Source: Phycisphaeraceae bacterium (lineage in GTDB: Bacteria; Planctomycetota; Phycisphaerae; Phycisphaerales; UBA1924). Taken from it: a stretch of 64,000 bases of DNA. Under the pieces are notes generated by a model. The model saw only the letters and a program-made list of their open reading frames with translations, had not been told where the DNA came from and searched no databases. Each line of letters opens with the position of its first letter. Positions within the stretch are counted from its first letter, which is position 1. This document shows, piece by piece, positions 44,347 through 55,352 of the stretch. The stretch is from assembly GCA_020639215.1 (NCBI GenBank), contig JACKHA010000012.1:7896-71895 (forward strand), in the 5' to 3' direction. Position numbers and translations under genes: made by a program.

Positions 44347-46380
44347 CTACGCGGGCGAGTCCGAGTCCCCGGCCAGGGACCGCGTGATGGCGATCTCCTG
44401 GAGGCGGATGCTGGCACGGTCGAGCGTTTCCTTGGCGGCGTGGAACGCGTTGGGATCGACCGAGCGCCAGTCCTTCTCGGCCGCGTCGACCATCGCGCGA
44501 AGCGCGCCCACCTGCCGGGTCAGTTCGTGGCGGTAGGTTGGCTCGAGCGAGTCGGCGAACCGCTCCAGTCGCTCGCCGATCCACTTGAGATCGAGGCGGC
44601 TGTTCGTGACCAGATCGACGACTCGGTGGCGGGCCATGTCCTCGCGGGCGTGGGCGACGGACTCGGCCTCGATGCGATCGACCTCGTCGCGCGTGAGGCC
44701 GTGGTTGGGCACGACCTGCACCTCGGCGCGTCGCCCGCTGCGGCGCTCGGTGGCGGCGACGCGGAGGATGCCCGAGGCGTCGACGAGGAACTCGACCTCC
44801 AGCTGCGGGACGCCCGCGGGCATGGGTGGCAGTCCCGCGAGGCTGAACTCGGCCAGACGCCGGCAGTCGGCGGCCATCTCACGCTCGCCCTGGTACACGC
44901 TGAACCGGACCGAGGTCTGCCCGTCGACGCTGGTCGAGAACATCTCGGTGGCGCGGCACGGCACGGTCGAGTTGCGCATGACGAGTTTGGCCACCGCCCC
45001 GCCCACGGTCTCGACGCCCAGCGAGAGGGGGATGACGTCAAGCAGCAGCGAGCCGCGGGCGGCGCCGGAGAGGATGCCGGCCTGGACCGCGGCCCCGAGG
45101 GCCACGACGCGGTCGGGGTCGAGCGCCGTGTATGGCTCGACGCCGAAGAACTCGGCGGCGGCGGCGCGGACGCGCGGGATGCGGGTGGAGCCGCCGACCA
45201 TGACGACGGCGTCGATCGGCGCGCCGTCGAGGTCGGCGCGGGCGTCGCGCATGGCACGCCGGCAGGCGTCGGTGGTGCGCCGGACCCAGGGTTCGATGAG
45301 CGTCTCGAGTTCCGCGCGTGAAACCGTGCGCTCGTAGGTCAGGTCGTCGTTCACGCGGATGGCGACGCTGGCGGACTCGGCCTCGGAGAGGCGGATCTTG
45401 ACCGACTCGGCGAAGCGGCGCAGGGCCTGGCGGGTGTGCGGGTCGAGGGCGGCGATGGCGGGGGGCGTCTGGGTGCTCGCGGCGGGCTGTGGCGCTGCGA
45501 CGCCGAGGCGATCGAGGATCTCGCGGGTGAAGAGATCGACGAGGAGCATGTCCACGTCGTCGCCGCCGAGGTGGGTGTCGCCGGCGGTGGAGAGAACCTG
45601 GAAGTAGGCGGTCTGATCGGCGGAGGACGGGGCGGCCTCGTCAAAGGTTCTTGTCGCGTCGGCCGCCGGCGTGATCCGCAGGATCGAGACATCGAAGGTC
45701 CCGCCGCCGAGATCGAAGACGGCGGCGTGGCGCGTGGGCTCGCCGGGTCGTGTGCCCAGGCCATAGGCCAGCGCGGCGGCGGTTGGCTCGTTGACGATGC
45801 GGACCACGTCGAGCCCGGCGAGACGCCCGGCGTCGCGCGTGGCCTGGCGCTGGGCGTCGTCGAAGTAGGCCGGGACGGTGACGACAGCGCGCCGCACAGG
45901 CACGCCGAGGCGGGCCTCGCCCTGGGTTTTCAGGGCACGCAGGATGTCGGCCGAGACTTCCTGCGGCGAGATCGTGCGACCGGAGGGCAAGCGGACGCGG
46001 GCCGTGTCGTGCGGGCCCTCGGCCACGTCGTAGGAGAGGTATGGCAGGTCGGCGCGCGCGTCGGCGATGGAGCGGCCCATGAGGCGCTTAACGCTGGAGA
46101 TGGTGGTGGCGGGGAACTCGACGGCTCGCTCTCGCGCGGGCCAGCCGACGACGGGCGGCTTGCGTGCCGCGTCGGCTTCGCCCGATCCGTCCGCGTTGCG
46201 CGGCTCGTCGGCGTAGCGCACCACCGAGGGCATCAGCGCGCGACCCTCGGCGTCATCGAGCACTCGGGGTGCGCCGCTGTCGAACACGGCGACGAGGCTG
46301 AAGGTCGTGCCCAGGTCGATGCCGATGATCGGGTCGGGGGGCGGCTGCGTTGCGGCTGGCGTTGCGTGGTCCACGTCCAC
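44347..46380 (-). CDS. Hsp70-family (DnaK/HscA-like) chaperone paralog (about 677 aa)
   Basis: IIGIDLGTTFSLVAV, VVTVPAYFDDAQRQATRDAGRLAGLDVVRIVNEPTAAALAYG, DLGGGTFDVSIL. There is no in-frame ATG between the track start (46689) and the ATPase domain, so I propose the GTG at 46380 (VDVDHATPAATQPPPDPIIGIDLG). Confidence 0.85.
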   Translation of the reverse strand: MDVDHATPAATQPPPDPIIGIDLGTTFSLVAVFDSGAPRVLDDAEGRALMPSVVRYADEPRNADGSGEADAARKPPVVGWPARERAVEFPATTISSVKRLMGRSIADARADLPYLSYDVAEGPHDTARVRLPSGRTISPQEVSADILRALKTQGEARLGVPVRRAVVTVPAYFDDAQRQATRDAGRLAGLDVVRIVNEPTAAALAYGLGTRPGEPTRHAAVFDLGGGTFDVSILRITPAADATRTFDEAAPSSADQTAYFQVLSTAGDTHLGGDDVDMLLVDLFTREILDRLGVAAPQPAASTQTPPAIAALDPHTRQALRRFAESVKIRLSEAESASVAIRVNDDLTYERTVSRAELETLIEPWVRRTTDACRRAMRDARADLDGAPIDAVVMVGGSTRIPRVRAAAAEFFGVEPYTALDPDRVVALGAAVQAGILSGAARGSLLLDVIPLSLGVETVGGAVAKLVMRNSTVPCRATEMFSTSVDGQTSVRFSVYQGEREMAADCRRLAEFSLAGLPPMPAGVPQLEVEFLVDASGILRVAATERRSGRRAEVQVVPNHGLTRDEVDRIEAESVAHAREDMARHRVVDLVTNSRLDLKWIGERLERFADSLEPTYRHELTRQVGALRAMVDAAEKDWRSVDPNAFHAAKETLDRASIRLQEIAITRSLAGDSDSPA

Positions 46381-46472
46381 GGACGATAGGGATGCGGCTT
46401 CGCGGTCTTGGCCCCGCGGCCGCCTCGGAAGGGTGTTCGGATGCTCGCGTGTGTGGGGGGCCGCGGTTTTGC

Positions 46473-46958
46473 CTACGGCCTGATCCACGCCAGCGACGCG
46501 AGTTCGTCGATCACGCCTTGGGCCGCGGGGCTGGATTCGAGTTGGATCGCCCGCTGGTGGCGCTGGCCGGAGGCAGCAACATCGACGTAGGCCCAGCCGT
46601 CGGGAGGCGAGGGCACGGCGGAAGGGCCCGGACCGGCGTCGCCCGACGGGGCATCGGAGGCCAGGCCCGCGGACTCGACGAGCGTCCACAGGCGCTCGAC
46701 CTGGCGCGGGTCGAGGCGGCGGGTCCGCGGCGGGAACGTGCCGGGGTCGACGCCCGCGCCAACCGCGACGCGGAGCGTGCCGTCGGGTTCGAGGATGTAC
46801 TGGGCGGGGCGCTGGGCGCGGGCGCGGCCTGGCTCGTCGCGTGAGGCAAGGACGGTGATGGCCAGGCCGAAGTCGCCCGGGACGCCGGACACGGGGTGGC
46901 GGGTGGCGCCGCAGGCGGTGAGGGACGCGGCGATCACTCCAAGCAGGAATCCGGGCAT
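46473..46958 (-). CDS. small lipoprotein, unknown function (161 aa)
   Basis: ORF 46473..47591 trimmed to ATG 46958: MPGFLLGVIAASLTACGATRH (lipobox LTAC). The upstream part of the track ORF is antisense to pheT. Confidence 0.55.
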   Translation of the reverse strand: MPGFLLGVIAASLTACGATRHPVSGVPGDFGLAITVLASRDEPGRARAQRPAQYILEPDGTLRVAVGAGVDPGTFPPRTRRLDPRQVERLWTLVESAGLASDAPSGDAGPGPSAVPSPPDGWAYVDVAASGQRHQRAIQLESSPAAQGVIDELASLAWIRP

Positions 46959-47151
46959 GGCCGGTCGCAACAACCTGCCAGAGATCCGGGGAAGGCCGGC
47001 CCCGGTCGCAGGGGCCGCTCGCCTGATTGAGTGGCGGTTGGGAGAACGCATCGACGGGAGTCTAACGAGAGCAATCCGGCGTCTGGCGTTTCCGACGCCA
47101 GCCGGCCGAAACGGGCGGGCGTCGCCGACCCGGCGTCTATCCTTGCCTCCC

Positions 47152-49275
<2,124 letters not shown>

Positions 49276-49491
49276 ATCGGAGCGTCGGCGTCGCCCGCCT
49301 TCGGGATTGACCGGGCTCAGGGCGAAGCGTCCCGATAACCGTCTCGCGTGGTTCTGTTCGCATCATGGGCGTGCCATGGGCGGTCGATCGGCGGGGCTCC
49401 GGCCCGGGCCGGATCACGAGTTGCTACCATGCGATGTCCGACCCGCCCCGCCCCAACCCGGCGGGCGCGTGACCAAGGAAGGAGTGCGTCG

Positions 49492-50457
49492 ATGACCCAG
49501 ACCGCCAGCGGAGCCAAGCCCGCCGCCGTCCCCGCGCCGCCCCCGGCGGCCAAGGAGCGCCCGTACGTCTGGGTGAACGGCGCGCTCGTGCCCGCCAGCG
49601 AGGCGAAGGTCAGCGTCTGGGACCACGGGCTGCTGTACGGCGACGGGATCTTCGAGGGCATCCGCGTGTACCGCGGGCGGATCTTCCTGTGCGGGCAGCA
49701 CATGGACCGCCTGTGGTGGTCGGCCGAGCAGATCCGCCTCAAGATCCACATTACGCGCGAGGAGATGGTCCGCCTCATGCGCACGTGCATCGAGGCCAAC
49801 GAGATCACCGACGGGTACATCCGCCTGCTGGTGACGCGCGGCGTCGGGACGCTCGGGCTGAACCCGTTCCTGTGCCCGGAGCCTGGCATCGTCTGCATCG
49901 CCGACCAGATCCGCCTGTTCCCGAAGGAGCTGTACGAGTCGGGGATGAAGGTGGTGGTGGCCGAGCGGTTCAAGACGCCGGTGGCCTGCCTCGACCCGCG
50001 GATCAAGAGCCTGAACTACCTGAACAACATCCTGGCGAAGGTTGAGGCGATCGACCAGGGTTTGCTCGAGGTCATCATGCTCAACACGGACGGCAAGGTG
50101 ACCGAGGGCTCGGGCGACAACCTGTTCCTGGTCAAGGGCGGGCAGCTGTTCACCCCGCCGCTGTCGGTGGGTGCGCTGGGCGGGATCACGCGGCGCTTCG
50201 TCATGGATCGGCTCGCGCCCTCGCTGGGGCTCAAAGTCCAGGAAAAGGTGTTCGAGCTTTCCGACATCTTCGGGGCCGACGAGGCCTTCCTGACCGGCTC
50301 GGCGGCCGAGATCATCGGGATCTCCGGTGTGATCGACCGCAAGTCGAGCGGAGGGAAGGAGTTCACGCTGTCGGGCGGCAAGGAAGGGCCGACAACCAAC
50401 CGCCTGCGCCAGGCGTTCCGGGCGATCGTGACGTCGGACAACATTCCCGAGGATTGA
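49492..50457 (+). CDS. ilvE: class IV aminotransferase, branched-chain-amino-acid aminotransferase-like (321 aa)
   Basis: ORF 49348..50457 trimmed to ATG 49492, which is preceded by AAGGAAGGAG. WVNGALVPASEAKVSVWDHGLLYGDGIFEGIRVY, IKSLNYLNNILA and EGSGDNLFLV are motifs. Confidence 0.8.
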   Translation: MTQTASGAKPAAVPAPPPAAKERPYVWVNGALVPASEAKVSVWDHGLLYGDGIFEGIRVYRGRIFLCGQHMDRLWWSAEQIRLKIHITREEMVRLMRTCIEANEITDGYIRLLVTRGVGTLGLNPFLCPEPGIVCIADQIRLFPKELYESGMKVVVAERFKTPVACLDPRIKSLNYLNNILAKVEAIDQGLLEVIMLNTDGKVTEGSGDNLFLVKGGQLFTPPLSVGALGGITRRFVMDRLAPSLGLKVQEKVFELSDIFGADEAFLTGSAAEIIGISGVIDRKSSGGKEFTLSGGKEGPTTNRLRQAFRAIVTSDNIPED

Positions 50458-50508
50458 GGCCCATCCGAGCGTCGGGGCGGGCGATCGGCCGGTCCACGAT
50501 CCTGGGAC

Positions 50509-51114
50509 TCACGCGCACAGCGAGTCCAGACTCGCTTTGGTCGCCGCGCAGCGGTCGACGATCGAATCGATCTCGATCCGCTTGGCGTCGCGGTCGTCCT
50601 TGCCAAGATCCGCGAGGTTGATCACGACGTTCCAGCGGGCGGCCTCAGCCCCGGCCAGGGCCAGCACGCCGGCGATCGCCAGGTCGCTCTTGAGGAACGG
50701 GTTCGAGCGACCGGCCAGTCCGACGAGGGCGTCGAGCGTCTCGGCGCACACGCCCGCCAGGCCCATCGGCACCGCGATGGCGTCGTGGAGGGCGTCGGGA
50801 AACTCCGCGGCTCGTTTCGGATCATCGGCCGGCAGACGCTGGAGGGCGTTCAGACGCTCGTACGCCGCGGCGTCGGCTTCGGCCCGGCGGAGGCACTCGC
50901 CCCGGAGCACCACGAGGCGACCGGCCTCGAGTTCCAGGTGCGACTGGTGCTCGGCCATCGACTTCTTGCCCAGGGAGTAGGCCACCACCATCTCGCCGAG
51001 CGCGCACCCGAGCGCTCCGACGATGCCGGCCACCGCCCCGCCTCCCGGCGTCGGCGACTTGGCGGCGATCTGGTCGAGCAGCGTGGCGAGGGGCGTTCGG
51101 GCGAGGTGGTCCAT
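50509..51114 (-). CDS. cyclodeaminase/cyclohydrolase family protein (FTCD C-terminal / FchA-like, 201 aa)
   Basis: ORF 50509..51183 trimmed to ATG 51114: LLDQIAAKSPTPGGGAVAGIVGALGCALGEMVVAYSLGKK. Confidence 0.75.
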   Translation of the reverse strand: MDHLARTPLATLLDQIAAKSPTPGGGAVAGIVGALGCALGEMVVAYSLGKKSMAEHQSHLELEAGRLVVLRGECLRRAEADAAAYERLNALQRLPADDPKRAAEFPDALHDAIAVPMGLAGVCAETLDALVGLAGRSNPFLKSDLAIAGVLALAGAEAARWNVVINLADLGKDDRDAKRIEIDSIVDRCAATKASLDSLCA

Positions 51115-51161
51115 CGGGCATTGTTGGGAGGGCGGCGGGATCGCCCCATCCGCGGGGCTCA

Positions 51162-51193
51162 CAAAAACAACCGACGCCCGCACGGAGCGGGCG
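51162..51193 (-). terminator. intrinsic terminator 3' of the PEP-CTERM gene
   Basis: Minus strand CGCCCGC-TCCGT-GCGGGCG (51193-51175) is followed by TCGGTTGTTTTTGT. It is nested in a longer ACAACCGAC/GTCGGTTGT stem. Confidence 0.65.
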
Positions 51194-51240
51194 CCGGGGA
51201 GTGAGTCGGTTGTGGGACGGGAGCGGCGTTGCGAACCAGA

Positions 51241-52101
51241 TCAGCGGCGCCGACGCCCGGCGACGAGCCCACCGGCCATCGCGACCGCAACCAGCCCGGC
51301 CGGGGCGGGCACCGGGGACGGGTTGAGCTGGTAGCGGACGAGCACGCGGTTGTAGAGGTCGCCCAGCGGGATGAGCAGGTTGTCGGTGTCGACGCCGTTC
51401 CACTCGCCGCCGTTTGGGCCGACGAGTTCGGGCGTGTGGTTGATGGTGTTCTGGCCGCCCGGCCCGGTGAAGGTGGCCATGGCGCCGTTGGCCGGGATGT
51501 TGATGGAGGTGTAGAACGGGCGGAAGTCGACGGCGTTGGTGGCGCCGAGTTCCCAGCCGAACGCGACGGCGGTCTGCCCGCCGACGGTGGTTCCGATGGG
51601 CACGAGGGGTGAGCCGTTGGCCGTCTCGATCTGGATCTCGATGAAGTCGCGGTCGTCGGGCGTGAAGAACTGGCGGACGCGTCCGACGATCTCGACGCCG
51701 GAGGGGTTGGTGCCGAGCGACTGGAACCCGGAGTTGATGACCAGGTCGACATTGCCGAAGGAGTTGACGAAGCCCTGGGCGCCGTTGATGCCGAGCATGC
51801 GGAGGCCGAGCGACTGCGTGCTGCCTGGTGTGGTTGCGGAGGCGGGGGGATCGTCGGTGAAGCCGCCGCCGCCGGTGCCCATCGTGCCGGACGGGTCGAG
51901 CTGGCTGCGCAGGCCCGCGAGCTGGGCGCCGAGCACCTCGGCGCTCGAGTATCCGGCGTGGTCCGACAGGAACGTCGTGGCCTGCTGACCGGTTGCATCG
52001 ACGCGGCGGCTGGCCGTCGGGTCGGCCAACGCGGTGCCCGCGATCGACGCGGCGAGACCGGCCGCAACCAGAATCCGAAGTGCACGGGGCGACGTGGGCA
52101 T
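51241..52101 (-). CDS. secreted protein with PEP-CTERM-like C-terminal sorting signal (286 aa)
   Basis: ORF 51241..52638 trimmed to ATG 52101: MPTSPRALRILVAAGLAASIAGTALA (signal peptide). The C-terminus is ...NPSPVPAPAGLVAVAMAGGLVAGRRRR (Pro motif, TM segment, Arg cluster). Confidence 0.7.
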   Translation of the reverse strand: MPTSPRALRILVAAGLAASIAGTALADPTASRRVDATGQQATTFLSDHAGYSSAEVLGAQLAGLRSQLDPSGTMGTGGGGFTDDPPASATTPGSTQSLGLRMLGINGAQGFVNSFGNVDLVINSGFQSLGTNPSGVEIVGRVRQFFTPDDRDFIEIQIETANGSPLVPIGTTVGGQTAVAFGWELGATNAVDFRPFYTSINIPANGAMATFTGPGGQNTINHTPELVGPNGGEWNGVDTDNLLIPLGDLYNRVLVRYQLNPSPVPAPAGLVAVAMAGGLVAGRRRR

Positions 52102-52349
52102 GGGACAACCTCTCCCTCGACGAGGACGGACCGAGGAACAACCGGCACTCCGAGGAGCGCTCGTGGACTCTCCGAAAGGGGCACGGGCCCGCCCGCGGCA
52201 CCGCCGCGGGCAAACCGCACCGCCTCCCCTACAACCTACACCGCGAACGCGGGGACGCCAGCAAAGGCGGCAAAAACCGCATCGTCGGCACAATCCCAAC
52301 CCGGCGATGCGGTTCGCGGACCCGCTGGGCCGCGACCTAACCTCTTGAA

Positions 52350-53654
52350 ATGGCCCGACCACTCCTCCAACGTGCGACGGTTGGCGTGACCGGCGTGGGG
52401 GCGGTCTCACCCAACGGGATCGGGATTCAGGCGTTTGCGGCGGGGCTCCGCCAGGGGCGATCGGGCGTGAGGGCGCTCGAGGAGCGGGACCCGCGCGTCC
52501 GGTGCGCGGTCGGGGCGACGTGCGAGGGGTTCGATCCGTCGTCGGTGATGTCGCGGGCGGACCTGGAGCGGGTGCCGCGCCTCGTGCCGATGGCGCTGGC
52601 CGCGTGCCGGGAGGCCATGGCGATGGCGGGGTTGGCAACGCCCGTCGACGCCGAGGCGGGCGTGGACGAGGCCCGCAAGATCGGTCTCGTGCTCGGCACC
52701 GGCGGGGGCGGCATCGACTTCACGCTGACCCAGGCCGACGCGTTCCACCACGACCGACGCCAGAGCCTCTGGACGATCACCAACGCGACGCATGGCAACC
52801 TGGCGGGGGAACTCTCGATCCGCCTGGGGCTGCACGGGGCGTCGCTGTGCGTATCGACGGGATGCGCCTCGTCGAGCGACGCGATCGGGCTCGCGTGCGA
52901 CCTGCTGCGATCGGACCGCCCGGGTTCGCCGCGCGCGATGGTGGTCGTCGGGGCCGACGCCCACGTCCGGACCGAAACGCTCATGGGGATGGAGCTGCTC
53001 GGGGTGCTGACGACGCAAGACTGGGTGGCCGCGGGCGAGGATCCCGTGTCGGTGAGCCGCCCGTTCGACGCGCGGCGCGACGGTTTCGTGCTGGGCGAGG
53101 GGGCGTGGGCCCTCGTGCTCGAGCGGCGCGAGGCGGGCGATGGCGACTGGCGCGAACGCGATCTGGCACGCCTGGGCGGGTACGGGGCGACGTGCGACGC
53201 CTACCACCGCGTCCGCGCCGCGCCGGACATGGAAGAGAGCGCCCGGGCCATGCGCCTGGCGATCCAGGACGCCGGGTGGAGCGTGGAGGACGTCGGGGCG
53301 ATCCAGTACCACGGCACGTCCACGCAGGTCAACGACGCGCTCGAGACCAGGGCCGTGCGCCTGGCCCTGGGCGGGCACGCCGAGCGGATTCCCGGATCGT
53401 CGATCAAGTCGATGATCGGGCACCCGCAGGGGGCCTGCGGGGCGGCGGCGGTGGTCGCCATGATCGCCGCACTGCGCGGGCTGGACCAGGGGCCGGCGTT
53501 CATCCCCCCCACCATCAACCTCGACCAACCCGACCCGGCGTGCGACCTGGACTACACCCCGGGGCGGAGCGTTCCGACAGACGCCCGGCGGGTGCTGGTG
53601 AACTGCCTGGCGTTCGGGGCCAAGAACAGCGCGCTGGCCGTCGAGGTGAGGTGA
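52350..53654 (+). CDS. beta-ketoacyl-ACP synthase II-like condensing enzyme (434 aa)
   Basis: Active-site Cys in CVSTGCASSSDAIG, His in IQYHGTSTQVND and SIKSMIGHPQGACG, giving a KAS I/II Cys-His-His triad. Confidence 0.85.
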   Translation: MARPLLQRATVGVTGVGAVSPNGIGIQAFAAGLRQGRSGVRALEERDPRVRCAVGATCEGFDPSSVMSRADLERVPRLVPMALAACREAMAMAGLATPVDAEAGVDEARKIGLVLGTGGGGIDFTLTQADAFHHDRRQSLWTITNATHGNLAGELSIRLGLHGASLCVSTGCASSSDAIGLACDLLRSDRPGSPRAMVVVGADAHVRTETLMGMELLGVLTTQDWVAAGEDPVSVSRPFDARRDGFVLGEGAWALVLERREAGDGDWRERDLARLGGYGATCDAYHRVRAAPDMEESARAMRLAIQDAGWSVEDVGAIQYHGTSTQVNDALETRAVRLALGGHAERIPGSSIKSMIGHPQGACGAAAVVAMIAALRGLDQGPAFIPPTINLDQPDPACDLDYTPGRSVPTDARRVLVNCLAFGAKNSALAVEVR

Positions 53655-53710
53655 GGGGGGCCTCGTCGCGGCTCGGGGCGGGAGCGGACGCCCCCGGCTA
53701 TCCTGCCCCC

Positions 53711-54805
53711 ATGGACCGCTGGACACGCCCGCTGGCCCCTCTCGCGACCGCGCTCGCGCTGGCCCTCGCCGCACCGGCGTCGGCCCAGAGCGCCGTCGAC
53801 CAACCGGTCGACCAACCCGTGTACGAGCTTGACGACTCGGGCGCCTGGGTGCAGACGGCGGCCCCCGAGCCCGGGTCCGACGCGGCGGTGATGGCCGAGG
53901 CCCGGCGCCTGATCGTCGAGGACCGCACGGGCGAAGCCATCAAGGTGCTCGACCAGTGGCTGGCGCACAACCAGCGTTCGGCCAACCCGTATGTGCCCGA
54001 GGCGTTGCTGCTCCGGGGCGACGCCAAGGTGGCCGCGGACAACGAGTACAGCGCGCTGATCGAGTACGAGGCGGTCACGATGTTCCCGGAGTCGCCGCAC
54101 TTCGTGACGGCGCTCGAGCGCGAGTACGAGATCGCGCTGCGGTACCTGAACGGCCTGCGCCGCAAGTTCCTGGGCTTCCGCATCGAGGACGCCCGCCCGA
54201 CGGGTGAGGAGCTGATGGTTCGGATCCAGGAGCGACTGCCGGGCAGCCGCCTGGCCGAGCAGGCCGCGATCGAGCTGGCCGACTACTACTACCGTCGTCG
54301 GGACATGCCGATGGCCTCGGACATGTACGAGATCTTCACGCGGAACTTTCCGGACAGCCCGTACCGGCGCTGGGCGATGCAGCGGTGGATCTACTCGAGC
54401 CTGGCCCGGTACAAGGGCCCGCGCCACGACACAACCGGCCTGGTCGACGCCCGGAACCTGATCGAGGACTTCCGCGATCAATACCCGCAGGACGCCGAGA
54501 GCGCGGGCATCAACGAGGCATTGCTGACGCGCGTCGACGAGTCGCTGGGCGACAAGCAGCTCGAAACCGCCATGTGGTATTTGCGCACGGGCGACGAGCC
54601 TTCGGCCCGGTACACGCTGCGCCGGCTCGTGCGCGACCACCCGCAGACAGTGGCCGCGGTCGAAGCGTTGCGGCTGCTGCGCGAGCGCGGCTGGGACGCG
54701 GGGATCGTGGCGCCGATCGGGCCGATCGGGCCAGTCGGTGTGCCGGGCGACGAGCCGGCGACCGGTGCGGGCGAGCCGGCCTCCTCGGGTGGAGCAACAC
54801 CGTGA
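53711..54805 (+). CDS. BamD (YfiO)-like TPR outer-membrane assembly protein, no lipobox (364 aa)
   Basis: In-frame ATG 53711 within track ORF 52502..54805. Signal peptide MDRWTRPLAPLATALALALAAPASAQS. TPR-like repeats carry BamD-style segments (EALLLRGDAKVAADNEYSALIEYEAV..FPESPH, YEIFTRNFPDSPYRRWA). Confidence 0.5.
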   Translation: MDRWTRPLAPLATALALALAAPASAQSAVDQPVDQPVYELDDSGAWVQTAAPEPGSDAAVMAEARRLIVEDRTGEAIKVLDQWLAHNQRSANPYVPEALLLRGDAKVAADNEYSALIEYEAVTMFPESPHFVTALEREYEIALRYLNGLRRKFLGFRIEDARPTGEELMVRIQERLPGSRLAEQAAIELADYYYRRRDMPMASDMYEIFTRNFPDSPYRRWAMQRWIYSSLARYKGPRHDTTGLVDARNLIEDFRDQYPQDAESAGINEALLTRVDESLGDKQLETAMWYLRTGDEPSARYTLRRLVRDHPQTVAAVEALRLLRERGWDAGIVAPIGPIGPVGVPGDEPATGAGEPASSGGATP

Positions 54806-55347
54806 AGCGGGCCGCACGCGCCATTGCCCTGCGTGGATGCCTGCTGGTGCTGGGCGTCGCGGGCCTCTCGGCCTGCGCTTCCGATCCGACGGAGGGCTAC
54901 TCGTTCGAGACGACCTACGACCACAGCGTCCGCACCATCTCCGTGCCGATCTTCCAGAACTCTACGTTCTGGACCGGCGTCGAGACCGAGCTGACCGAGG
55001 CGATCATCGCCGAGATCCAGCGGGCCACGCCCTGGCGCGTCACCCCGGAACGCCCCGGCGGGGGGGGCGACACCACGCTCTCGGGCGTCGTGCAGGAGGT
55101 CGAGATCACGCGACTCTCCACCTCACGCGCGAGCGGCCTGGTCGAGGAAGAGACCGTGACCGTCGAGGTTGACTTCGACTGGCGCGACAACCGGACAGGC
55201 CGGGTGCTGCTGGCGCGTCGGCGCTTCGCGGCGGCGGGATCGTTCGTCCCGCACCGCCCGACGGGCGACCGGATCGACGTGGGGCGGCGTGAGGCGATCC
55301 AGCAGCTGGCCCGCGACATCGTCTCGGAGCTGCGCAGCGACTGGTAG
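54802..55347 (+). CDS. LptE-like LPS-assembly lipoprotein (181 aa)
   Basis: GTG 54802 overlaps the upstream TGA (GTGA). VKRAARAIALRGCLLVLGVAGLSAC (lipobox LSAC), then TISVPIFQNSTFWTGVETELTEAIIAEIQR, typical of LptE family proteins. Confidence 0.55.
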   Translation: MKRAARAIALRGCLLVLGVAGLSACASDPTEGYSFETTYDHSVRTISVPIFQNSTFWTGVETELTEAIIAEIQRATPWRVTPERPGGGGDTTLSGVVQEVEITRLSTSRASGLVEEETVTVEVDFDWRDNRTGRVLLARRRFAAAGSFVPHRPTGDRIDVGRREAIQQLARDIVSELRSDW

Positions 55348-55352
55348 GACCA

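Noticed and set aside
49276-49491. 216-nt leader upstream of the ilvE-like gene, considered as a T-box or attenuator
   Set aside because: I could identify no specifier or T-box sequence, leader peptide rich in branched-chain codons, or terminator/antiterminator pair. Only a good Shine-Dalgarno (AAGGAAGGAG) is evident.
52192-52314. Two hairpins (cccgcgg-caccg-ccgcggg at 52192-52210, and aaccgcatcg..cgatgcggtt at 52275-52314) in the divergent region between the PEP-CTERM gene and the KAS gene, considered as a small RNA or riboswitch
   Set aside because: I recognise no riboswitch consensus and no flanking promoter or terminator signals. They are simple GC hairpins of a kind frequent at this composition. 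I kept them only as a note.
55060-55067. G8 homopolymer inside the LptE-like gene (encodes PGGGGD), considered as a slipped-strand phase-variation site
   Set aside because: A single G8 run in a roughly 70% GC genome is not compelling. There is no second tract or promoter-spacing context, and the gene is likely essential.
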